From an uncultured Atopobiaceae bacterium (GTDB lineage: Bacteria; Actinomycetota; Coriobacteriia; Coriobacteriales; Atopobiaceae), in assembly GCA_963538475.1 (NCBI GenBank), contig CAUTIE010000003.1:921-64920 (forward strand): a DNA stretch of 64,000 bases, read 5' to 3'. Below are positions 19,091-27,372 of this stretch, one piece after another (positions within the stretch are counted from its first letter, which is position 1; every line of letters begins with the position of its first letter). Position numbers and translations under genes: made by a program. The notes below the pieces were generated by a model that made no database searches, was not told the origin of the DNA, and saw only the letters and a list, made by a program, of their open reading frames with translations.

Positions 19091-19270
19091 TGCGCCACGG
19101 GTTCCGCACCGGCTGTGATTCCGGGCTGCGGGCTCCGCACACCGCGTCGGTCACATGGGCTGCGACCGCGAGCTGCGGCCCGTACCAGCTGCGGGTTCCG
19201 CACCGGCTGCGACGGGCGCCGCGCCGGCTGCGACCACAACGGCCGTCGGGCTGCGACGGGCGCGACGAAC
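19091..19270. repeat. GC-rich degenerate micro-repeat tract
   Basis: Several GCTGCG units; 18-bp direct repeat cgggttccgcaccggctg at 19098 and 19192. Confidence 0.7.
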
Positions 19271-19300
19271 ACGCCTGTGACCAGGTAATATTGCATACCG

Positions 19301-19336
19301 AACACACCTTGGGGCTTCTCCCGAGGTGTGTTTTTT
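19301..19336 (+). terminator. Terminator after the LDH-like gene
   Basis: aacacaccttggg-gcttct-cccgaggtgtgtttttt. Confidence 0.8.
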
Positions 19337-19384
19337 GTCGATTGAGCGTCTTCCTACCATCTTCTGACTGCCTTCTGATTGCTA

Positions 19385-19680
19385 GCCTGAAAAGCGCATC
19401 ATATCTGAGTAAATTTACTCAGATATGGCGAGAAAAACCGGCAAAACCACTCAGACTTGGTGCACTTTTCCGGCAAATCGTTCAGACTTGGCGAGAAAAT
19501 CAGGCTCGATGAAAGCGCCCATGACGCCACACTGGATCCAAAAGTCACGTCACGAAAGGCCCGCCTGAAAAGTGCAAAGAATCTGTATTTGAGCCACCGA
19601 TTCTTTAACAAAACCAGGCAAATCCACAGATTCTTTGATGCTTTTAGGCAAAAGTTACAGATTCTTTGTAGAAATCAGGC
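19385..19680. repeat. Two related ~120-bp multi-repeat elements (19385-19505, 19563-19680)
   Basis: Each starts GCCTGAAAAGYGCA, ends TCAGGC, and has one inverted plus three direct copies of a ~24-bp unit; 28-bp perfect palindrome at 19400-19427. Confidence 0.8.
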
Positions 19681-19865
19681 GCGCTTAGCCCAAGCCTTAC
19701 AGGTCGGTTGCTTTTCCCGAAGAGACGATCTTCTCGCCACGTGCAGCGATCCTCTCGCCACGCGCCACGTGCAGCGTTCTTCTCGCCATGCCGCTCGCCA
19801 TGCCGCTCGCCAAAAACCCTCGTCTCACCTGCAATTTTTGAACAATATTTAAATAAAAATTTCTA

Positions 19866-19894
19866 TTGACTTGTAATCAATGTGATATCACAAT
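19866..19894 (+). promoter_or_regulatory. Sigma70-type promoter with overlapping palindromic operator
   Basis: ttgact-17-cacaat; perfect palindrome tgtgatatcaca at 19881-19892. Confidence 0.6.
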
Positions 19895-19932
19895 GATGCC
19901 AACAGAAGGCTCATTGTCGCAAAGGAGATACT

Positions 19933-20925
19933 ATGAGCACCGAGAAAATCATCAAATCCAAGAGTGGTTGGCTGTTCCTGTTGATTGCTATTGTTCTTTT
20001 TGCAGTTGCAGCCCTGTTTACGCTGAATTTTGTTCTCAGCGCTATGGCGGCAGATAGAAATCCTCGCCTGGATCCGTCGTTCCCAAGCATCATTGGCGCG
20101 CTGGTATTTTTCTTTGCTGGCTTGTTTGTTTCAAGCGGTCTGTTCAGCCTTCAGCCTGGTCAGGCAAGGGTTTGCGTGTTGTTTGGCAAGTACATCGGTA
20201 CCGTTAAGGACGAGGGCCTTCGCTGGGCAAATCCTTACTACGCCAAGACCCTGTCTACACATGTGGGCGATCTTTCTTCTCTCGCCACAGGCACAGGCAC
20301 CCCTACGGTCAACGTGCACACTTCCATCATTTCCACTCGTGCTCGCACGCTGAACGGCGACGTCCTCAAGGTCAATGACCGCATGGGCAACCCAATCGAG
20401 ATCGCCGAGGTTGTTGTTTGGCGCGTCAGCGATACCGCAAAGGCCCTCTTTGACGTCGACGACTACGACAGCTACGTTGCTATGCAGGCAGAGACCGCAC
20501 TCAGGCACGTTGCTAGCATCTACAGCTACGACCACATGGAGGACGAGTCCGAGTCCAACACCGCTATTACCCTGCGCTCCAACATTGAGGAGGTCTCCGA
20601 GGCGCTTCAGTCCGAGCTGAGCCGCAACCTTTCCGTCGCTGGTATCACCGTTGACGACGCTCGCCTCACACACCTGTCCTACGCTCCTGAAATCGCGCAG
20701 GCAATGCTCCGCCGCCAGCAGGCAGAGGCAATCATCGCTGCACGTAAAAAGATTGTCGAAGGCGCCGTTTCCATGGTTGACATGGCTCTCACTCAGCTCT
20801 CCGAGAATGGTGTCGTTGAGTTCGACGAGGACCGCAAGGCCGTCATGGCTTCCAACCTCATGGTTGTTCTTTGCGGCGAGTCCGAGGCCCAGCCTGTTCT
20901 TAACACCGGTTCCTTGCAGCAGTAA
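19933..20925 (+). CDS. SPFH (band 7) domain membrane protein
   Basis: 2 [45 protein letters not shown]. Confidence 0.93.
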   Translation: MSTEKIIKSKSGWLFLLIAIVLFAVAALFTLNFVLSAMAADRNPRLDPSFPSIIGALVFFFAGLFVSSGLFSLQPGQARVCVLFGKYIGTVKDEGLRWANPYYAKTLSTHVGDLSSLATGTGTPTVNVHTSIISTRARTLNGDVLKVNDRMGNPIEIAEVVVWRVSDTAKALFDVDDYDSYVAMQAETALRHVASIYSYDHMEDESESNTAITLRSNIEEVSEALQSELSRNLSVAGITVDDARLTHLSYAPEIAQAMLRRQQAEAIIAARKKIVEGAVSMVDMALTQLSENGVVEFDEDRKAVMASNLMVVLCGESEAQPVLNTGSLQQ

Positions 20926-20942
20926 AGCTTGGCGAGAAACCC

Positions 20943-21143
20943 ATGGCACCTCGCAAACAATATCCACTTCGTGTAGCTCCAGAAGTCTGGGAGGCGGTTG
21001 AACGCTGGGCGCAAGACGACATGCGTTCAACTAACGCTCAGGTAGAATGGATTTTGCGCGACGCTCTGAGAAGGGCAAAGCGCACTCCAAAAGCAAATAA
21101 CACTCGTGTGAATAAGACAGACAAGATGGAAGAAGGAAACTAA
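20943..21143 (+). CDS. Arc-like ribbon-helix-helix DNA-binding protein
   Basis: RKQYPLRV...WA.DD.RS.NAQVE..L, typical partner of this SPFH family. Confidence 0.85.
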   Translation: MAPRKQYPLRVAPEVWEAVERWAQDDMRSTNAQVEWILRDALRRAKRTPKANNTRVNKTDKMEEGN

Positions 21144-21144
21144 C

Positions 21145-22317
21145 ATGGCCGACAATATTCCACAGCCACCTGTTCCTAACGCTCCCGTACCTCCAGCCGC
21201 TCCAGCGGCACCAGCTGCACCCGCAGCGCCCGCGGCTCCCGCAGCTCCCGTCGCACCCGCAGCGCCCGCAGCCGCAGCCCCCGCTGCTCCCGTCGCACCA
21301 GCAGCTCCTGGCGAGGTTGTTCCCGTGCTGAGCGTCCAGCACTTCACCAAGAAGTACGGCTCCAAGGTAGCTGTTTCTGACCTTTCGCTCGACGTTATGC
21401 CTGGCGACATCTACGGTTTTATCGGCCATAACGGCGCAGGTAAAACCACGCTTATCAAGTCCATCGTTGGTGCTCAACCATTTGAGGGCGGCGCTATTTT
21501 TGTGGACTCCAAGAACGTGCTGGTTGACCCTGTGGGAACAAAGCAGGTCATCGCTTACGTCCCAGATAATCCAGACATTTACGAGTTCATGAGCGGCATC
21601 AAGTACCTCAATTACGTTTGTGACATCTTTGGTGTTCCTGCGGAGAACCGCGTCGAGCGCATTACTACGCTGGCCAACCGCCTGGGTATCACTGACTCCC
21701 TGGCAAATGCCATTGGCAGCTACTCTCACGGTATGAAGCAGAAGCTGGTTCTGATTTCCGCCCTGCTCCACGAGCCAAAGCTCATCATTTTGGACGAGCC
21801 ATTTGTCGGCCTGGACCCAGCAGCAAGCTTCGAGCTCAAGAAGATGCTGCACGAGCTTGCCGACCGTGGATCTGCCGTGTTCTTCTCGTCACACGTTCTT
21901 GAGGTTGTCGAGAAACTCTGCAATAAAATTGCAATTATTCGTCAGGGCAAGCTTCTTGCTGCAGGTAAAACGGACGAGATTCGTGGTAATGCTTCACTTG
22001 AGGAAGTCTTTCTTGGCCTTGAGGCAGGCGCTCCTGGCGTTTCTGCCGAGATTGCTCAGGACATGGCCACCACAAAGGATGGCGCCGCTGTTCAGCCAGT
22101 CATTCCTGCCGCACCCGCTGCACCAGCAGCCCCAGCTGCACCTGCCGCTCCCGCTGCACCTGCAGCACCAGCAGCTCCAGCTGCTCCAGCAGCTCCAGCA
22201 GCACCTGCGGCTCCAGCGGCACCAGCAGCGCCAGCAGCGCCCGCAGCACCAACCGTGCCTGGCGCACCAGTGCCTCCAGGCGCTCCAGTTCCTCCTTCCT
22301 TCCCTAAGGAGAACTAG
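21145..22317 (+). CDS. ABC transporter ATP-binding protein with N- and C-terminal (PAA)n tails
   Basis: Walker A GHNGAGKT, signature YSHGMKQK, Walker B ILDEP, H-loop SSH. Confidence 0.95.
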   Translation: MADNIPQPPVPNAPVPPAAPAAPAAPAAPAAPAAPVAPAAPAAAAPAAPVAPAAPGEVVPVLSVQHFTKKYGSKVAVSDLSLDVMPGDIYGFIGHNGAGKTTLIKSIVGAQPFEGGAIFVDSKNVLVDPVGTKQVIAYVPDNPDIYEFMSGIKYLNYVCDIFGVPAENRVERITTLANRLGITDSLANAIGSYSHGMKQKLVLISALLHEPKLIILDEPFVGLDPAASFELKKMLHELADRGSAVFFSSHVLEVVEKLCNKIAIIRQGKLLAAGKTDEIRGNASLEEVFLGLEAGAPGVSAEIAQDMATTKDGAAVQPVIPAAPAAPAAPAAPAAPAAPAAPAAPAAPAAPAAPAAPAAPAAPAAPAAPTVPGAPVPPGAPVPPSFPKEN

Positions 22318-22319
22318 TC

Positions 22320-24164
22320 ATGGCAAACAACGTTCCACAGGCTCCTCAGCGCCCCGATGTGCCTGAGCAGAACCTGCGACTTTCAGGAGATGTCTTTATT
22401 CCAGCTCAAGTAAGCGCTGGTCAGGTTCCTGTTCTTGATCGCTCTGAGCTCAAATTGCCTTCTGACCTCAAAGTGTTCTGGATGTTGCTTAAGGTTCAGA
22501 TCACCATGATTTGGACTACGCAGGTTATAGGTGCTCGAAAGAATTTTGAGAGAAAAGTTGGCGCGAATGCTCTGCCTATTGTCGGTGGCGTTTTTGCAGT
22601 TGTTGGCGCACTCTTTATGATGGTCTACATCTACGGCGTTTCAACAACTTTAGCCATTGCCGGCTTCACAAGGCTGCTGCCTCTCGCAGGAATTCTAGCT
22701 GGTGCTCTACCTGGTGTTATTTTGACCTTTGTAAAGGCAAATGGCGTGCTTTTTGCGTACAAGGATTACGACTTTATCATGTCGTTGCCAATCAAAAAGA
22801 GCACCATTATCTATTCTCGCGTAGCTGCTCTTTATGCTGCAGAGGGTATCTGGTCTATCACCATTATGCTGCCAGTCTTTTTGGCTTACTTCTCCTTTGA
22901 GGCAGTCACGCTTCCGCGTTTGATTGGTGCCTTGTTTGCGCTTCTTCTTGGACCTAACCTTGCAGTTTCTGCTGCAATTCTCTTGGCTTTTGCGGTTGCA
23001 GCCCTTGCTGCAAAGCTGCACTTTAAGAACTTGGGAATGGTCATCGGAGGCGTTTTTGGCCTTTTCTTTATGGTCGCCTATCTGTTCTTTATCTTTACGG
23101 TATCTTTCAACGCAGATAAGTTTGTCCCAGGAGTGGTGGATAATTTCCGTGACACTGTCTTTAACGTTGCAAGTTCAGTTGGCGTAGTTTATCTTCCATC
23201 ACTGTGGATTGCGGATTTCTTTAATTCTGGCTCCCTTGTTAGCTTCTTGCTGTTTGCTCTGGTCTCCGTTGGGGCTCCTGCGGCAATCGTGGCAATCATT
23301 TCTCGCTTCAACGACCGCATTAATGCGCTGGTAAGTGAGGACAAGGTCCAGAAGAAGTTCACCACCAAACAGATTTCCACCAAGTCTGCGACGCCATTTG
23401 TTGCCCTGATCAGAAAAGAGATTCTGACCATCACGGGTTACCCAGCAGTCTTTATAAACATGCTCTTTGGCTGCTTGCTGATGGTTATTCTCGCCTTTAT
23501 TTCTATGTTCTTTAGCACGTCGTCTATCGTGGCCTATTTTGTGCCTGCATCCGAGGTTCCACGCTATCTACCTCTGGCAAGAACCATCCTGGGCATGATA
23601 ACCACCTGGTTTGGCACCTCGATGTTCTGCGCTGCCAACTCCGCCGCCATTTCGTACTCGCTGGAAGGCCGTTCAAACTGGCTGATGGCAACCATGCCGG
23701 TTTCTCCAAAGCAGATTTTTGGCGCAAAGATTGCCGTTAACATGATTTACGTGCTCATCTTCAGCGTGCTGACCCAGATTTTCTTCCTGATTCCTGGTCA
23801 CATCACCCTTGAAACGGCGCTGAGAAACGTTATTCTGCCGCTTTGCATTGTGTTCCTGGTGTCTAACGTTGGCCTGGCCATTGATATTCGCCGACCAAAC
23901 TTTGATTGGACTTCCGTCGTTGATATCACCAAGAGAAGCCTTTCGGTCACGGTGTCTTCTCTCGTGGGTACGCTGGGCTCCATGTTTGTTATCGGCGGCA
24001 CGTTCATGATGATGCTTATCCCGGTTATTGACTCGTTAAGCTCTTCAGCAGGCGTGGTCAACGAGACGCTTCCCAACATCATCTTTGTCACGCTGTCGTT
24101 GGTGAACGCAATTATCGGCTACCTGATCTTTAACAACACCGTTCACCGAGGAGTTAGAATCTAA
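22320..24164 (+). CDS. ABC-2 type exporter permease (large, many TM)
   Basis: Two repeats with KD.D...SLPI and EG...W....PV motifs; follows the ATPase. Confidence 0.88.
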   Translation: MANNVPQAPQRPDVPEQNLRLSGDVFIPAQVSAGQVPVLDRSELKLPSDLKVFWMLLKVQITMIWTTQVIGARKNFERKVGANALPIVGGVFAVVGALFMMVYIYGVSTTLAIAGFTRLLPLAGILAGALPGVILTFVKANGVLFAYKDYDFIMSLPIKKSTIIYSRVAALYAAEGIWSITIMLPVFLAYFSFEAVTLPRLIGALFALLLGPNLAVSAAILLAFAVAALAAKLHFKNLGMVIGGVFGLFFMVAYLFFIFTVSFNADKFVPGVVDNFRDTVFNVASSVGVVYLPSLWIADFFNSGSLVSFLLFALVSVGAPAAIVAIISRFNDRINALVSEDKVQKKFTTKQISTKSATPFVALIRKEILTITGYPAVFINMLFGCLLMVILAFISMFFSTSSIVAYFVPASEVPRYLPLARTILGMITTWFGTSMFCAANSAAISYSLEGRSNWLMATMPVSPKQIFGAKIAVNMIYVLIFSVLTQIFFLIPGHITLETALRNVILPLCIVFLVSNVGLAIDIRRPNFDWTSVVDITKRSLSVTVSSLVGTLGSMFVIGGTFMMMLIPVIDSLSSSAGVVNETLPNIIFVTLSLVNAIIGYLIFNNTVHRGVRI

Positions 24165-24252
24165 CTTTTGTGATGCGCTGCGTCGGCCCCATGGAATTCC
24201 ATGGCGTCTACCTGCGGTAACAACACAAAATCTTCTGTCGAGAAGAAACTTC

Positions 24253-24300
24253 GAGGCACCCACCGTATATCGTTTATCGAATGGTGGGTGTCTCTTTTTG
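24253..24300 (+). terminator. Terminator of the SPFH-ABC operon
   Basis: gaggcacccacc...ggtgggtgtctc followed by ttttt. Confidence 0.7.
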
Positions 24301-24438
24301 TGCTTTGCGGTACGGTAGGGTGGCTAGAGGTTTTCTTGTTCGGTAAGTAGCAGGAAGGGCCGAAGCATATCGCGCTAGACTCGGGCGCGAACTATCGGCT
24401 GACCTTCTCGGCTGCTTGCCGCAGTCAGAGGAGGCATC

Positions 24439-26514
24439 ATGGCCGAAAAAAATGTTTCTAAGGTAAAGAATGTGGTCCTGGTGGGCCAAGGTGGCGTGGG
24501 CAAAACCATGCTTGCCGAGGCAATGCTGCATCTGACGGGTGCAACCACTCGTTTAGGCGGCCACGCAGGCACAAAGCCCACGCTTGATTACGATTCGCAG
24601 GAGTCAGAGCGCGGATTCTCTATCTCTACTACTATCGCACCAATTACCTGGGAAAATACGCGCATTAACGTGCTCGATGCACCGTGCTATCCTGACTTTG
24701 TGGGCGACGCCTATTCGGCGATGAGCGCTGTTGAGACTGCGCTGTTTGTCGTAGATGCAGCTAGCGGACCTGGCACCATTACTACCAGGCTTTGGTTTGC
24801 CGCCGAGGACCTGTCTCTGTCCCGCGCGCTGTTCATTAACCGCCTGGATCGCCCTGATGCAGATTACGAGACCGCAATGGCTATGCTCCAGGACCGTTTT
24901 GGTTCCTCACTTGGCGCGGTAACTATTCCAATGGGCTCCGGCGAGGCTTTCTCCGGCATCATTGACGTTGTTCATCAGAAGGCTCGCAAGCTGGTAGATG
25001 GCAAGCCCGAGGTCACCGACATTCCTGCCGAGTTCCAGGCAGAGGCCCAGGCCGCTCGCGCCGCTCTGACCGAGCTGGTTGTTGAGGCGGATGACGAGCT
25101 AATGATGCGCTACCTTGAGGGCGGAGAGATTACGCAGGAAGAGCTTGAGGGCCTGCTGGGCAAGGCTCTTATGGAGCGCATTTTTGTTCCTGTCTTCTCG
25201 GGTTCTTGCGTCCGCGAAGAGGGCGTTATTTCGCTGCTTGATGCCATTGATGGTTGGTTCCCAACTATGTCCGACTTTGGCCGCATTCCGCTGGTAAACG
25301 GCGAGCAGCTTGATATTTCACCTGATGACGAGCGTCCTGTTGCGTTTGCCTTCAAGTCGCTGCAAGATCCGCAGAACGGCAAGCTTACGTTTGTGAAGGT
25401 GCTTGCAGGTACTGTTTCTGCAGGTGCCGAGCTTATCAACGCTCGCACGCGCAAGCCTGAGCGCCTTTCTCACCTGTATCGTATGTGCGGCAAAGACACG
25501 GCTGACGTCAGCACCGCTGCAGCCGGCGACATCGTGGTAGTTCCAAAGCTCGAGGCCATGACAGGCGACACGCTTTCCGTTACCGGCAAGGTTGAGGCTG
25601 CCGCATTCAGGTTCCCCAACTCCCTGTACCGCACGGCTATTGAGCCTGATGAGCGCGGTACCGAGGGCAAGCTGTTCGCATTCCTGGAGAAGGCCGCCGA
25701 CGCCGACCCAACCCTCAAAGTTGAGCGCGATGAGGACACCGGCCAGACCATTGTTTCTGCAATCGGCGAGGCACAAGTAGCCGTTCTTCTCGAGCGTCTT
25801 GAGCAGCGAGCCGGCGTTTCCGCACATAAAGTTGCGCTCCGCATCCCATATCGCGAGACGATCCGTCGAGTTGCAAGCGCTCAGGGTAGGCATAAGAAGC
25901 AGACCGGCGGTTCCGGTCAGTACGGCGACTGCTGGCTGCGCATTGAGCCAAACCCAGATGCAGGCTACGAGTTTGTCGACGAAATCGTAGGCGGCCACAT
26001 TCCACGCGGCTTCATCCCTGCTATTGATAAGGGTGTCCAGGAGACCATGCGCGAAGGCGTTTTGGCTGGTTATCCTATGATTGACGTTAAGGTTGCTGTC
26101 TACGAGGGCTCTTACCACCCCGTTGACTCTAACGAGATGGCCTTCAAGACGGCTGCTCGTATTGGTTTCCAGAAGGCCGTTGACCAGGCAGAACCTGTTC
26201 TCCTGGAGCCTATGGCCCACCTGGAGATTACCGTTCCAGACAGCTACGCAGGTTCCGTCATGGGCGACGTCTCCGCTTCCCGCGGTCGCGTAGAGGGAAT
26301 GTCTTCCGGTACCGGTGTTTCCGCTGGTGAAACTACCATTAAGGCAACGATTCCATACGCTGAGGTTACCGATTACGCTACAAGGCTGAGGTCCCTCTCG
26401 CGCGGAACGGGTGAGTACACCGTTGAGCTGGCAGGATACGAGCAGGTGCCACACGACATTCAAGCTCGTCTTGCTGCTGAGTACGCCGAGCGTCGCGCCG
26501 CCGGCGAGCGCTAA
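24439..26514 (+). CDS. Elongation factor G paralog (EF-G2-like)
   Basis: GQGGVGKT, ERGFSI, DAPCYPDF, NRLD, HKKQTGGSGQYG, YHPVDSNEMAF; not in an rpsL-rpsG operon. Confidence 0.92.
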   Translation: MAEKNVSKVKNVVLVGQGGVGKTMLAEAMLHLTGATTRLGGHAGTKPTLDYDSQESERGFSISTTIAPITWENTRINVLDAPCYPDFVGDAYSAMSAVETALFVVDAASGPGTITTRLWFAAEDLSLSRALFINRLDRPDADYETAMAMLQDRFGSSLGAVTIPMGSGEAFSGIIDVVHQKARKLVDGKPEVTDIPAEFQAEAQAARAALTELVVEADDELMMRYLEGGEITQEELEGLLGKALMERIFVPVFSGSCVREEGVISLLDAIDGWFPTMSDFGRIPLVNGEQLDISPDDERPVAFAFKSLQDPQNGKLTFVKVLAGTVSAGAELINARTRKPERLSHLYRMCGKDTADVSTAAAGDIVVVPKLEAMTGDTLSVTGKVEAAAFRFPNSLYRTAIEPDERGTEGKLFAFLEKAADADPTLKVERDEDTGQTIVSAIGEAQVAVLLERLEQRAGVSAHKVALRIPYRETIRRVASAQGRHKKQTGGSGQYGDCWLRIEPNPDAGYEFVDEIVGGHIPRGFIPAIDKGVQETMREGVLAGYPMIDVKVAVYEGSYHPVDSNEMAFKTAARIGFQKAVDQAEPVLLEPMAHLEITVPDSYAGSVMGDVSASRGRVEGMSSGTGVSAGETTIKATIPYAEVTDYATRLRSLSRGTGEYTVELAGYEQVPHDIQARLAAEYAERRAAGER

Positions 26515-26633
26515 CCCGTAGGTTAGGAGCGGCTTCTGCCGCAAGCGCCGCGAGCGCCGCGGGTGTCGTAGGCGCGGACCCGCAGGCGTGGATCTGCTGG
26601 AGCGAACCCGCAGGTAGATAACGAGCTCCTAGC

Positions 26634-26670
26634 AAGAACCCTCGCATCTTTCAGGTGCGAGGGTTCTTTT
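26634..26670 (+). terminator. Terminator after the EF-G paralog
   Basis: aagaaccctcgcatc...ggtgcgagggttctttt. Confidence 0.8.
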
Positions 26671-26925
26671 GTGTTTCTGCAGCGTGTTGGTGGCAGCTTT
26701 TCAGTCTGGGCATACGAAATAGCGCAAAATAGTGCGGTTTTAATAGGTCTTACTGGGGAATCGTATAGCTTTTAGTCAAAACAACCAGGAAACTAGAGCG
26801 TCTTGCCTGACGGCTAGGTGGTCTCACTGTTGATATACATTTATATGCATAAACTTTATTTAATATGCTGAATAATGAATAGAGAAATATAATGAATTTA
26901 ACTATGGGTAAATTCCACTTCTAAG

Positions 26926-27058
26926 GAACACACCTATGACAGATATTCTGCACAATTGCGGGCATATTACACATCAAATGAAGATAATCTGCACGTTTGA
27001 GGTATTTTCAGCGTAATGTATACGTCTTTATGACAGATTATCTGTCATAGGTGTGTTC
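26926..27058. repeat. 133-bp element with perfect 20-bp terminal inverted repeats (MITE-like)
   Basis: gaacacacctatgacagata ... tatctgtcataggtgtgttc, plus an internal partial copy. Confidence 0.75.
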
Positions 27059-27186
27059 AGTCATCAACAAAACAGTGCAATCAACTAAGTAATGCTGCTA
27101 AAACCAAATTACGAGAAATTCTTGGACGTGTTCTGGGTAAACCAAAAACATAACTTCGCACATCAAGGTTATGTTTAGATTGCCGA

Positions 27187-27231
27187 GCGTTTGACCTGTG
27201 CGTTTGACCTGCGCGTTTGACCCGCGCGTCT
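27187..27231. repeat. 13-bp tandem repeat x3 (gcgtttgaccy-gy)
   Basis: Copies at 27187, 27200, 27213. Confidence 0.8.
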
Positions 27232-27372
27232 AATGCGTCTCTCGTACGGTGTGGCTGTCCGCAGGCGCACGCCCTTAGCGCGCCCCGCGCCCTGCGCATC
27301 CCGCGGATCCCGCATGTCACACAGCAAACAAGCAATCTGCTCATTTATGTACTGTTTCAAGAAAGGCCGCAC

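Noticed and set aside
19385..19811. CRISPR array
   Set aside because: Units are degenerate, mixed in orientation and lack unique ~30-bp spacers; no cas genes in the window.
19090..19852. ORFs of 70-140 aa in the ldh-SPFH gap
   Set aside because: They arise from GC-rich repeats, lack an RBS and do not look like proteins.
25318..26544. Long antisense ORFs (408 aa here; also opposite SPFH, the ABC ATPase, HlyC and lsrB)
   Set aside because: Shadow frames caused by codon bias of well-supported genes on the other strand.
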